Source: Schmidtea nova | Lineage: Eukaryota | Reading direction: 5' to 3' | Length of the DNA stretch: 42,251 nt | Assembly (NCBI GenBank): GCA_044892505.1 | Contig: CM097882.1 | Coordinates: forward strand, 131,812,001 to 131,854,251 | In this document: positions 19,585 through 31,080 of the stretch, in pieces | Position numbering within the stretch: position 1 is the first letter of the stretch | How the letters are laid out: every line of letters starts with the position of its first letter | The notes under the pieces: generated by a model | What the model was told of the DNA's origin: nothing | The model's input: the letters and a program-made list of their open reading frames with translations, nothing else | The model's database searches: none | Position numbers and translations under genes: made by a program

Positions 19585-19990
19585 GGGGAAGAATGGCTCA
19601 CCAAAACGATAATGAATGTGTTAGCGATAATTGATCCAGAATTAAAGAATTTGTGGCGGAAAAACGAACCTAGTACAAAGGCAAAGATGCTACACAATGC
19701 AATAGCACCGATTATGCCAGAATTAATTAAAGCGAAAACAAAATCGAATCATCTAGATTGGCAAGGAACCACGATGTTAATAAAAAGGCTACTCAACGGA
19801 GCAGAGACGGACAGCAAATATTTAGTGGCAATCTCGTATACGATATACAACCTGTTAACGCTAAGCCAAGGAAGTCCGGAGTAAACTCCGATGGGAAGAC
19901 ATATCAAGATCACGGCGATGATTATCGAGAAAGAAATCGAACCATATATCCTCAGAAAAGGAGGATGGGAAAAGTTCATAAAAGAGAACC
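19585..19990 (+). pseudogene. Bcl-2-like domain spanning the in-frame TAA at 19882-19884
   Basis: BH2-like EKEIEPYILRKGGWEKFIKE vs Bcl-xL NDHLEPWIQENGGWDTFVEL; BH1-like LLNGAETDSKYLVAI vs LFRDGVNWGRIVAF, with matching helix spacing. Confidence 0.6.
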
Positions 19991-20088
19991 AGACAAAAGA
20001 AGGGTCTAACGTTATGAGAAAGAAACTCGAAGGAGTATTGAGAGAAATGGAGAATAGACAAACGATGCAAGGAAATGGAACATCAACG

Positions 20089-22020
20089 TTGAATTTAAAC
20101 TCGATAATCATGATGATGTTGGTATGGTTGTTAAGCACAGAAGGTGTAACAACGTTCGAAGTGTTTGATTGTGATCAAATGAATGTGGGAGAAAAGTACT
20201 CATTGAGAGGTACGGAGCAATGCAAAGATGCAACTCCAGTAGAGTTGAAAGAGATTAAAAAGGAACAATGGTACCACGTGTATCAAGAAGCAGAACTCAT
20301 AAAGACAATGGTGAATGAATGCAAAGTACAGAAGACGAGATTCGCATTCTATTGTGGGAGAGGACATTATTCAGCAATTATCATGCCAGGAACGAAAAGA
20401 GAACCAATCGTGTTGCAAGGAGAAGACTGTGAAGCATTATTTAAACATGGATAAGTAACAACAAGAGACAAAATCAAGATAAAAGGAAAGCCAGGGATGA
20501 TGTTGCAGCAGACGTATTATGTAGCAGGACAAATTACGGGAGGAGAAGGATATTGTCAAGGAGAAACCTACCCGATATTTGGAGTACCCGCAACCAACTT
20601 AGTGGTGATGGATACGTATATAGTCGAACTGAAAAGCTACGAAGCATTCTTCGAACCGACAACAGGAGAAATGAAAACGTTATCCATGTGTAAAATTGAC
20701 AGAAGCATGTGTCAAACGGGAATGTCAACTTTGGTGTACAAACCGAAAGTGAACGAATGTCAATTACAAATGCTACAAGGAGCGAAGTTCGACGAAATTC
20801 AAGGAAAAACATTCCGAGAAGAGGACGATGATGACAAAGCTAGAGCAAAACATCTCAAGGAAGCTTTAGAGAATAAAAGACAACTGAAACCAGACCATAG
20901 AGAGAAACGGATAGAGATGAGAGCCACACCAACAGTGCTGATAACCACAAATCAGGATTTGGGAATGAGATTCATAAAAGGGAAAGCCACAATGAAGTGT
21001 AGTACAACGGTATACGAAACGAACTATCCAGGGATATACGTGTCAAAACAAGAAGTGCCGAATGCGAAACCCAAAATCGACACAATGGATATCAAACTAC
21101 ACTTGTATGTGAATAATAAAATGGATTTCTTATTCCATAGAGGACAAGCCTCATTGCAAAAAGTGTACTACGATCTGATAAATAACGATTGTATACTGAA
21201 TCGAGAAATATTAAAGACAAAGTTGGCCGTAGCGATCACGAATCCAGACAGTGCGATGCCACTATTACCACTGAGAGAAGGACATTTCGGAAGAGTGGTT
21301 GGAGAGGCAATGTATGTATACATCTGCGAAAAGACACACGCACCGCTAGCAGCAACAACGCAGTTGAAACCTGGAACATGTACAAACGAACTAGAAATCG
21401 ATTATAAAGGAAAAGTACGATACGTTCAACCGGTGACGAGAATCATCAATCCACCAAATCCATTCAACTGTAGTAATGCGTACGGACCACTTTATCAGAA
21501 ACCAGATGGTAAATGGGTTTTGTTCCCAGCAAGAAATGAAGTATTAGCACCAAGAGAATTTGAACTGATGCAGTTGTCAAAGGATAGACAGTTCAGCGAC
21601 GTAGATGTCTCAAACAACGGAATATATAGTCCAAAAGATTTGGAAGCAGCGAGACAGAATATATTATTTCCGGCGAGAAGAGAAGCATCACTGTCAAATA
21701 TCGTAACAATAACGGGAGGAACGAATTATCGAGAAGGACCGAATTACAAACTACTATTATCACCGGCACATTTCAAGAAAGCCAACGAAAATATGATGAA
21801 GGCAATGTGGGGAAGATTCCTGATATTCGAACAAATGATGGCTGGAATACTGGGAGTTATATTAATAATCCAAATCATCAGGGTGATAATAACGCAAATG
21901 TTAGCGTGTTTCGATATCTATAAGAGAGAAAAGAAAGTGAATTGGAAAATGGTAGTAGGATTTTTACCATTCCTTGCGAAAACGATGGTGTTACACGGAC
22001 ACTCAAAGGATATTCATCGA
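20089..22020 (+). pseudogene. env: Envelope glycoprotein, chuvirus-G-like (putative class III/gB-like fusogen); in-frame TAA at 20452-20454
   Basis: Signal peptide LNLNSIIMMMLVWLLSTEG/V, then FEVFDC..YSL...QC..VYQ..ECKV..FYCG..HYS, about 14 ectodomain Cys, YVQPVTRII, FNCSNAYGPLY, a TM at 21835-21915 and a second hydrophobic segment at 21943-21995. Confidence 0.75.
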
Positions 22021-22459
22021 ATAAAAAGGTTGCTGAAGATACTCGCCAAAATGAAAGGAACAAATGAAGATGTCGGAAGGAAATTCAAAAAAATAATGCA
22101 AGACGAGCAAACAAGACGACAGCTAAAGAAAGAAAAGAAAGGACTATGGGAAAGAGGGAGAGGATATCGAACGCAAGATGACTCAAGCAATGATGACGAT
22201 GACGATGACGATCAAGGAGGACAAGCGAACGTAAACCAGATTCCACAGTACACAGAAAAAAGTGCAGTTGAGAATTGGAGATACAGCGCTCTACCTCAGT
22301 CAATGTACAACGAACCTATGTACAAAGCGAAGCCGAATATGATGCAAATGATGCCGATGACAAGTATATACCCGATAATTCCGGAAGGATGCAAAGTAAA
22401 ACGATGCAGAAGTGTAGACCCGTTGGAAGACACGCACACGATAGCAGTTATGTCCACAA

Positions 22460-25400
22460 ATATGGGACCGATCTTAACAACAACCGTAAAAATAAACGGA
22501 AGAGAAATCGAAGCTATGATCGATACAGGCGCGAATATTTCGGCAATCGACATCAACTACATACCAGAGAAAAACCAAGGAGAAATCGAGAAGACGAATG
22601 TACATGTAATCGCGTGCAGTCAGGAGACAGTAGAAGTAGCCGGAAGATGGTTTGTAAAAGTTAAACATCGAAATGCAGAAATTAATACGTACATCGCTGT
22701 AATACCATCGCTGAGTGTACCATGTATCATCGGAACTGACCTGATGCCAGACCTGTTCAAGGAAATCGTAATTGATTTAGGAGCAATGAAGCTAAAAGAT
22801 AGAACAGGAAAAATTTGCCGAATGGAAGTTAAAGTGGCAAGTGCAGAACAAATAGTTGTACCAGCTAGACACGAAATGATGTGCTATGTAAAGATTGATT
22901 CAACAATAAAAGGAGATATGATATTCGAACCAAGTAAAAAGTTCGAAGCAAAGAAAGAATTAAAAATGGCAAGAGAATTAGTCACAATAAACCAAGAAGG
23001 TGAGATACCGATTAATCTAGTAAATTTCGACGAAGAGGACAAGATAATATACGATAATGAGAGATTGGGTAAATTAACACCCATGTCCAAAATCGAAATA
23101 CCAGACAAGAATGAGAAAAGCAAAGGCGAATTACCATGGAAAATCGACAGTGTGTTGTTAGACGAACAGCAAAAGGAACAATTACAGAAACTATTGATGG
23201 AATATAAAGACATATTCGCAGCATCAGATCTGAATTTAGGAACATGTGATGTAACATTTCACACGATACCGTTGACAGACGAAACGCCAATCGCATTACG
23301 ACCATACAAATTGGCAGAAGCTCAAAAAGCAGTGGCAGAAGAAGAGGTACAAAAGATGTTAGATGCAGAGGTCATCGAGCCTAGTTGCTCACCCTGGCAA
23401 TTCCCAGTGGTGATGGTGAAAAAGAAGGATGGAACTCAGAGATTCTGTATCGATTACAGACGATTAAATGCAGTTACGAAAAGAGATACGTACCCACTAC
23501 CAGACATAAACGAGATGTTGTTGACATTACAAGGAGCAGCCTATTTCACGTCACTGGATTTAAAAAGCGGATATTGGCAGATTAAAATGAAAGACGAGGA
23601 TAAAAAGAAAACAGCATTTACAATCGGACGAGATCTGTACCAATTCAAGAAAATGCCGTTTGGATTAACAAACGCGCCAGCATCATTCTAGAGATGCATG
23701 AATTTCGTAACACATGGCATAAAACAATGCATGGTGTATATCGACGATCTATTGATCTACTCCGCAACATTTGAAGATCATTTGCAAGACATCAGAAATG
23801 TGTTCGTGAAATTGAGACAGTGGAAACTGAAATTGAAGCCGTCAAAGTGCGATTGGGCAAAAGAGAAAGTGACATTCTTAGGTCACATCGTATCAGCAAA
23901 AGGAAAAGAACCAGGTCAAAGGAACATCGAAAAAGTCAAAAAATGTCCACCACCGAAAACAGTGACACAAATACAAGAATTTCTGGGATTGTGTGGATAT
24001 TATCGAAAGTTCATCAAGGACTACGCAGGAATATCAAAGCCAATGCAAGAATTAGTAAGACAAGATGTGTCGTTTGTGTGGGGAGAAGAGCAACAAGCAG
24101 CATTTGAAACATTACGAGATAAACTGATTACAACACCAATATTGGTCCATCCAGATTTTAAGAAGCCATTTTTGTTGGCAACAGATGCAAGTGGATATGC
24201 AGCAGGAGCAGTGCTAGGCCAATTCGATGAGGAAGGCAAAGAAAGAGTAATTGGATATTACAGTCGAACGTTCAGGAAGCATGAAAAGAATTACTCAGTC
24301 ACGGAAAGAGAAGCCTATGCGATAATATTGGCAATCAAGCATTTCAAATATCTATTGTGGGGTCATGAAATATATATCACGACGGACCATCAACCATTGG
24401 TATGGTTAGGTCAGCATAAAGAATCATCAAGTAGATTGATGCGTTGGGCGATGCAGTTGCAAGAATACTCGCCATTCATAAAGTTTAAAACAGGAAAAGC
24501 GAATGCAAACGCAGATTGCATGTCAAGATTTACATTTCCAGAATTGGTGAACCTGAACGCTCCAAAGATATGTGTATTAATAGCGGAAGATTTGGATTTT
24601 AGCGAACTAAGGAAAGATCAACTCGAGGATGAGGAGTTGGGATTGATCAGCAAGTATCTGAAAGAAAGGGAAATGGAAATATTCAACAAGAACCAAGGTT
24701 TGAGCGAACATATGCAAAAATAAAAGCACCGGTATTTAGTGGAAAAAGGATGGTTATTGATACAGGATGGAGAACGGAGATTGATGTGCTTACCTGCGAA
24801 TAGACGAAAGGATATCATGATTCAATATCACGACGGAAAATTAGGAGGACATTTGTCAGCAAAAAAGACAATCGGGAGATTGAGACAAAAGTACTTTTGG
24901 CCAACCATGGAAGATGATGTGAAGGAATGGATAAAGAACTGCTTAACCTGTGCGACAAGAAGAAACGTCGAAACAAAGTGGAAAACACCACTAAAACCAA
25001 TGCCAATACCTGCAGAACCTATGGCGACGATAGCAATGGATGTAGTTGGACCATTACCAGAAAGTCTAAAGGGGAATCAATACATATTAGTAGTCACAGA
25101 CTATCTAAACAAATTCCCAGAAGCGTTCGCAATACCAGATCAAAAGGCAAAAACAGTTGCGAGAATATTGGTGGAAGAGATATGCTGCAGATACGGAACA
25201 CCAAAGAAAATCCTAACGGATCAAGGAACGAATTTCATGAGTGAAATATTAGACGAAGTTACGAATTACTTCCGAATTGCGAAACTCGAACATCCCCATA
25301 CCATCCACAAACGAACGGTCAAACAGAGAGGTTCGATGGAACATTGATACGCATGTTGTCGAATTACGTCAGTAAACATCAGACTGATTGGGACGAATAT

Positions 25401-25850
25401 ATAAACTTGTGTTTAATGGCATATAGAATGTCAATACATGCGGCAACAAAGCTAAGTCCATTTCAACTGATGTACGGAAGAGATTGCAACTTACCAGTCG
25501 ATTTAGAATACCAAACACCATTATCACAGTACATGGAGGTTGACGATTATGTTACAAAGTTCAAAGAAAGAATGCAAGAAATCTGGAAAACGGCGGAACT
25601 GAACATCAAGTTCTATCAAGAGAGTTACAAGGATCTACATGATCAGAAAAAGAATGTGAAAGCACATGATTTAAAAGTTGGAGATTGGGTAATAATTGAA
25701 ACACCAGAAATAATACCCGGTACGGTCAAAAAACTCCAACGACCAGGCAAAGGGCCATACGAAATAACGACAGTGAACGAAAATAATGTGCGAGTACGAT
25801 TGGTGAATAATCCATTGGTAAGACCAATATATGTGAATGCCTGTCGATGC
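22460..25850 (+). pseudogene. pol: pol of element B (protease, RT, RNase H, integrase); stops at 23689 and 24721, frameshift at ~25289
   Basis: IDTGANIS (22519); PWQFPVVMVKKKDG, IDYRRLN, DLKSGYWQI, MPFGLTNAPASF, YIDD (23737); TDASGYAAGAVL, YSVTERE, TDHQPL; HDGKLGGH..CLTC, MDVVGP, TDQGTNF, YHPQTNGQTERF, GKGPY. Confidence 0.96.
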
Positions 25851-26149
25851 AGAAAAATACCCAAGACAGCAACTCTGCTACCGGAAAAACGAGTAATGAC
25901 AAGATCACAGACGGCGAGAATTAATATGTTACGAGTACAACAAAAGCCGCAAACAAGTCTAGAAGACAACCGAAGAGAAGCAATAGATATCAAAGAACTG
26001 GCAAAGAAAACCAGAGAAATTATACCGGAATGGAGATGGTGGCATGATTTTGATATACTGACAGAAGTGCGGAAGAATGTAATGGAGTATGCAAAAGACA
26101 GAACAACGCATCCAATGACAAGGACGCTGCTAGAAGAGATCCCTCAAAC

Positions 26150-26450
26150 ATTGAATTTACAGGATAAAGACGGAAACACAGCGCTGCATAATGCAATCAA
26201 GCACGGCGGAAACGAGAAAGTGAAAGAGATTGTAGAGATGATACTCGAAGGTGGAGGAGAAATTGACAAGGTGAATTGGGAAGGAATTACTCCACTCATG
26301 ATGATGACAATTCAAGGAAGAAACGATGAAATAGTCAAGCTATTCGGAAACACCAGATCGAATTGGATGACAAAGGATAAAGAGGGACGAACATTCTTGA
26401 ATCATGCAATTGATAGAGCGAATCACCGAATACTTAAGTATATCACGGAA
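26150..26450 (+). CDS. Ankyrin-repeat block 1, in frame with the integrase C-terminus (ORF 25344-26966)
   Basis: QDKDGNTALHNAIKHG..IVEMILEGGGEIDKVNWEGITPLMM..KDKEGRTFLNHAID..ILKYI. Confidence 0.88.
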
Positions 26451-26943
26451 AATGCCACGTGGGAAATCGATGAACTAACCAGAGGATCGATCATGAAACA
26501 AGCAATCAGAGTAAGAAACAGTAAAACCTGGAGAATATTGCTAAACTGGAAACGACCAGAAGGAGATTCGTGGGCCATAGATTGTAATGAAGTGTTCACA
26601 AGGGGAGAAAATGCGTTACTGAAACATCTGTTAGAAGTAACATACGATCCAAAAACACTTGCGGTATTGATAGCGAGAGATACGCTACGGGTTAGTGAAA
26701 ACCCAAGAGAATACAAGTTGGATGACAGAAAGAAAGAATTATTCGAATTAATCAAGAGATGGTGTGATAAACAATGGAATCCGGGCATGAGCTTCGAACA
26801 TTTCTATGACATCCAAAAGCAGCACAAAGAAATAAGCAAGCGATATAAAGAGCTGATAGAAGCATTGAAATATGGACAATTCTTCAGACAAGCAGTGTAT
26901 CAAGACCAACGGATGAAACAGATGCAAACACGAATAAGGAGCA

Positions 26944-28125
26944 GTGTTGTTCAATGCAAAAGCTGATTATCAAGAGAGATTGGATGCAATCGTAGTAAAA
27001 GCGCAGGAAAGATTATCAGAATTCAAAGAAAATAAAAACTCGTTTGAGATACTAGGAGCAATTACAGAGAAAGTGCACAGATACGCACAAGGAGATTATA
27101 ACGAAAACGACATAGAAACGATCAAAAATCAAATGCCAGTAGCATTCCTATTATCAAAGGATGGGAGACTACCGATACACTGGGCATTACGTCGAAAGAA
27201 AGAAAACGAAGCGTTAGAAATTACAAAAGTGTTGGTCAAGTGCGAAGCGGACATGAATACGGTTGATGATAATGGAGATACAATCATGATAATCGCAGCA
27301 AGAAAGAAGACGAGGTTGAAAGTGCTAATCGAATTATACGATGCAGGAGCAAAAATCGAAGGAAAAAATGGAAAGAACAATTCCATCCTAGACATCGCGA
27401 TACAGTGGAATAACTTCGAGATGATCAAGTTCATAAAAGCCATCAGGAAACAGGATGAGATCGAATACCTGGCAAATAACGTAAAGAATTTCAGTCTGAC
27501 AGTAATGATACACGACATAGAGAAAACAAGAGCAATACTAACATGGGTGAATCCGGTCACCAAGGAACCAGTGTTCAAGATCAATGACCATATGGAACAG
27601 AATCAGAATTGGTGTATCAGAAGCGCGTTACTAAGACACAGAAAGCCAGAGATAGTAGAAGAATTCTTGAAGAGAAGAGATTTAAAATTGACGAACAACC
27701 CAAAAGAACAGGAACGAATGGGAAGATGGAAAGACTTATTTAGAAAGTATGTGAATGAGTGGGCAAATGCCAAAGAAACGATCAAGCAAAGTAGATTAGA
27801 AGACATAGAACCATCCAAGGAGATGGAAATACGAGAATTCGAGTCTAGCACACTCGCGGTTCAAGCGTACGAAAAATTGATTGAAGAAATCAATGTCGAG
27901 GACGACATTTTTAAAGGACCAGGGGGTGGTTCCAGAGATCACAATGATAAAGGAGACGACGAAAAAGAAGACAACAAAGATAACAACGAAAACAACGACA
28001 ACAAAAGAACAAAGGATGATGGAAAAGAGAGACAAGAAGAACCGAAGCCAACGAGAAAGGACAAGAAGAAAGAAGCCGAAGAGCGAGAAAACAGTGGAAC
28101 AAAAGACGAACGTACGAACTATTGA
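26944..28125 (+). pseudogene. Frameshifted continuation of the polyprotein with ankyrin-repeat block 2 (27150-27450) and an acidic/basic tail
   Basis: KDGRLPIHWALR..ITKVLVKCEADMNTVDDNGDTIMIIAA..LIELYDAGAKIEGKNGKNNSILDIAIQWNNFEMIKFI. Confidence 0.85.
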
Positions 28126-28146
28126 AAACGAACAGGAAGTCTGCTT

Positions 28147-28593
28147 TTGAGACCAGAAATGTTGTGCATCGCGATATTGATAACAATCATCGGACAAGGA
28201 GAAGCCAGGAAACAATACGTCACGCTAGAAATAATTAGAGAAAATGAAGTATACGAAAGAATATGCTGGAAAGAAAACCTGAGTAAAAACGAAACGCTTA
28301 AGTGTATATTGTCAGATTTGAAGCGAGACGTCATCCAAATCAAAGGATTGGAGAAAGAAAAATCATACATAATATGCGTAATAAAGCAGAGAGGAGAACC
28401 AAAAGCACCTCAAGTAACTGCATGTCAATTATACAAAGCAACGGAAGCGCTGAAAATACAGAAATGGATTGAGAAAAGAAGCGAAGAGACAACGAGAAGA
28501 ACAGAAGTGGAACCAGAGAAAGGGAAGAATCAAACCAAAGCAGGAGAAGGAATCAGAAACCGAACAGAGAAAGAAAGAATAACCAAAAATTAA
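28147..28593 (+). CDS. Small predicted secreted glycoprotein (signal MLCIAILITIIGQGEA, 4 further Cys, NLS and NET sequons)
   Basis: Same frame as ORF 26944-28125, 21 nt after its TGA. Its stop lies 4 nt from the deletion junction, so it may be truncated. Confidence 0.5.
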   Translation: MRPEMLCIAILITIIGQGEARKQYVTLEIIRENEVYERICWKENLSKNETLKCILSDLKRDVIQIKGLEKEKSYIICVIKQRGEPKAPQVTACQLYKATEALKIQKWIEKRSEETTRRTEVEPEKGKNQTKAGEGIRNRTEKERITKN

Positions 28594-28597
28594 CAGA

Positions 28598-31080
28598 TGT
28601 TTGGGCGTATCACCTGAACTCGGAAATATGGGCTGATCGATTACGAATCTAACCAGCGATCCACTCAGGCTACTTCCACCCGCTCGGCACAAGGCCAGAA
28701 ACAGGTTTCGGGGGGTATGGAAGAAAAAGGAATTATTACTTTTATCTTGGTACAATAATTATTATTATAAAATAAATTTTTATTCCATCTGAGAGTTTAT
28801 GACATGATTAAATTCAAAAAATGAAAAACAAAGAAAAACAACTTTCATTTAATATTTTGGATAATAATTAAAATTGATGATGATAATATAAGAATAATAA
28901 TCAATAATATAAAATTAACAATAATAAAATAATACTGGGTACGGGGCGTGGCCTGGCCAGTGTTCATTGCGTGCGCAGCACGCAGGTGGCTTAATCAACA
29001 AGGAAATTATTAAAGAAATTGTTTAATGAATTTGTAAAAAAAGTTAGTTAATTGAAATTTTATATAAAAATATAATTTATGGAATTTTCTTAAAAAATGA
29101 TTCAAATACTATTTGTATTCATTTCAGTTTCTTCTTTATTTTTTTCTCTTTAAGAAAGTCATAAGAAATTCTTATAATTGTTGGGCTAGGCAAATCAGTC
29201 ATCATCTGAAAAGTAATATAAAATCAATAAAATAAATTTACAAAAAACAACAACAAAATAAATTACCATCACCAAGAATGCAGCAAATAAGCGGCAGAAT
29301 CTAAAAGTAATAAAGCATAAATCAAAACAGCAATAACAATAAAAACTCACCCATGCGGAAAGCAGAAAATCTGAAAGGGCGTGGGCAGACATCACCAAGA
29401 ACCTGAAAAAATAAAGCAAATAATAACGAAAGATTTATGCATGAGTAAACAAACAACTTACTGAATTAAATCATGCAGAAAAACTGACGAACATAAATGA
29501 GTAACAATAAATACACACATACTTGATGCTGATTGGCCAGCCAACATCACAAATTTAGTATAAATACTGAAGCAAAATCACTATGAGATATATCATTTTT
29601 TACCGAGTGAAATTGTCAGTGAAACCCGATACTGTAACTTTGTGAAATCTAGGTGTATCGAAATAAAAGTTAAAGTTGATTGCATTATTACTTATTTTGA
29701 ACCCTCATAATCATACTAAAATCAATAAGGATCGTCCCGAAGGCCTAACGGTCTGACGGGATTCTCGGCCTCTCGGCACAACATATTTTCATATGAGGTG
29801 CCGATGCGGCGGGACTCTAGGTGTAATAAACTATTTATCGATCGGGAGTGGGGTGCACATGGGATATCGAGAAACGGCGGGTCAGCAAATTTCATCCGAG
29901 GTAGAGTTAAGCTAGACTATATATTACAGGCCCCAGAGAACCCAAGAGGAGGGAGTGCACATAAGATGTAGTGAATCGATGAGTCGAACGTATATCCAAC
30001 CCTATGCATACAATCGATAATAAACATCATGATTTACCGAGAATTAGAGGCGAGGGACCACCAAAGTTTTAGGCAGTTGGTGCATGTACATCTCATATAG
30101 GAGTTAACATTTACGGGATTCGGAGCCCAGATTAACCCTAACGAGCAAAGATCATTGGTAGATACAGATAGGCTGATGACAAAATGATGAGGTATGCATG
30201 GTGCAGATAGAGATAAAAATTTACAAATAAGTAATACAATAAATGACGGTATATTGATCATGTGTGATTAGAATGACTGAAAATAAATTTTAACTAAATC
30301 AACAACTGGTGATCAGCAGTAGCAATAACATCATCCTACACGGTCTATTTCACCGACCGAAATATGGTTAACCGGATGGATACTAGACACCCACTTAGCT
30401 GTGAACAACAAAATCGCCAATCTGCGTGGAAGGATCCACTATAAATAGAATCCAGCATCACTAATGAATATTCAACCAAATTATTTACAGATGAAACGCG
30501 AAAGCCTTATCACCTCGATGCCAACTTCGTCTCTCCCGCAGCAACCAGGTCACGATAAGACGAATCGGAAACGCACCCGATCTATGCCGGAGCGACATGC
30601 AGATGACCAAAGACAAGTGGAATTGCAGGGGGTGAAAGACGCACCCATTCCGATTGTCCGCCAAGCTCACTGACACCTCCGCAGATGGAGACAACGACAC
30701 TCTAATCCAGCGGCCAGAGTCGCATCATGTTCGTTTACGTTCCGACTACGATGGGAAGGAGATGCGGAGTGGATGTCATCGTTGAGCCAGCTCAACCTGA
30801 ACCTTTCGCGATGGTTCATTCAAATGACAGATGACGCAGAGCAACCTCGCTGGATACTATGCTCCGAGATCATGACAGGCCCCGGTGAAGCGACACTGGG
30901 GAAATCCAGCTCTATCCTCACGCGCCAGGGAGCGTAACATTGGAGCCCCATCCAGAGCCGAATGATCTCCGATTATGAAAGGTGTTTGCACACAAAGACA
31001 AGCTTGCGACCTTTTTTCTAAGAGGAAGACGTTCGTAGCCGAACAAACAAGCCCCAATGTAATTGTATCATAAATGAATA
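28598..31080 (+). repeat. Partial, variant copy of the B LTR (equivalent to 1076-2230) with a 1.4-kb extra segment (29381-30787) and a ~75-bp deletion near 31005
   Basis: 28598-29380 matches 1076-1863; 30788-31080 matches 1864-2230. Confidence 0.85.

Noticed and set aside
22820-23070. dUTPase between protease and RT of B
   Set aside because: It resembles the beta-rich spacer common in gypsy Pol; dUTPase catalytic motifs are not recognisable.
15161-28593. Ciliate-type code (TAA/TAG = Gln) as the cause of the in-frame stops
   Set aside because: Gln is almost always CAA/CAG, in-frame TGA also occurs, and TAA ends genuine ORFs (7943, 4611). C>T nonsense mutation explains all cases.
11462-28755. 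Many minus-strand F/L/S-rich ORFs that look like membrane proteins
   Set aside because: They are shadows of the purine-rich plus strand, with no motifs.
29731-29820. Hammerhead or HDV-like ribozyme
   Set aside because: No CTGATGA+GAAA three-stem core, and the P2/P3 pairings of an HDV fold could not be built.
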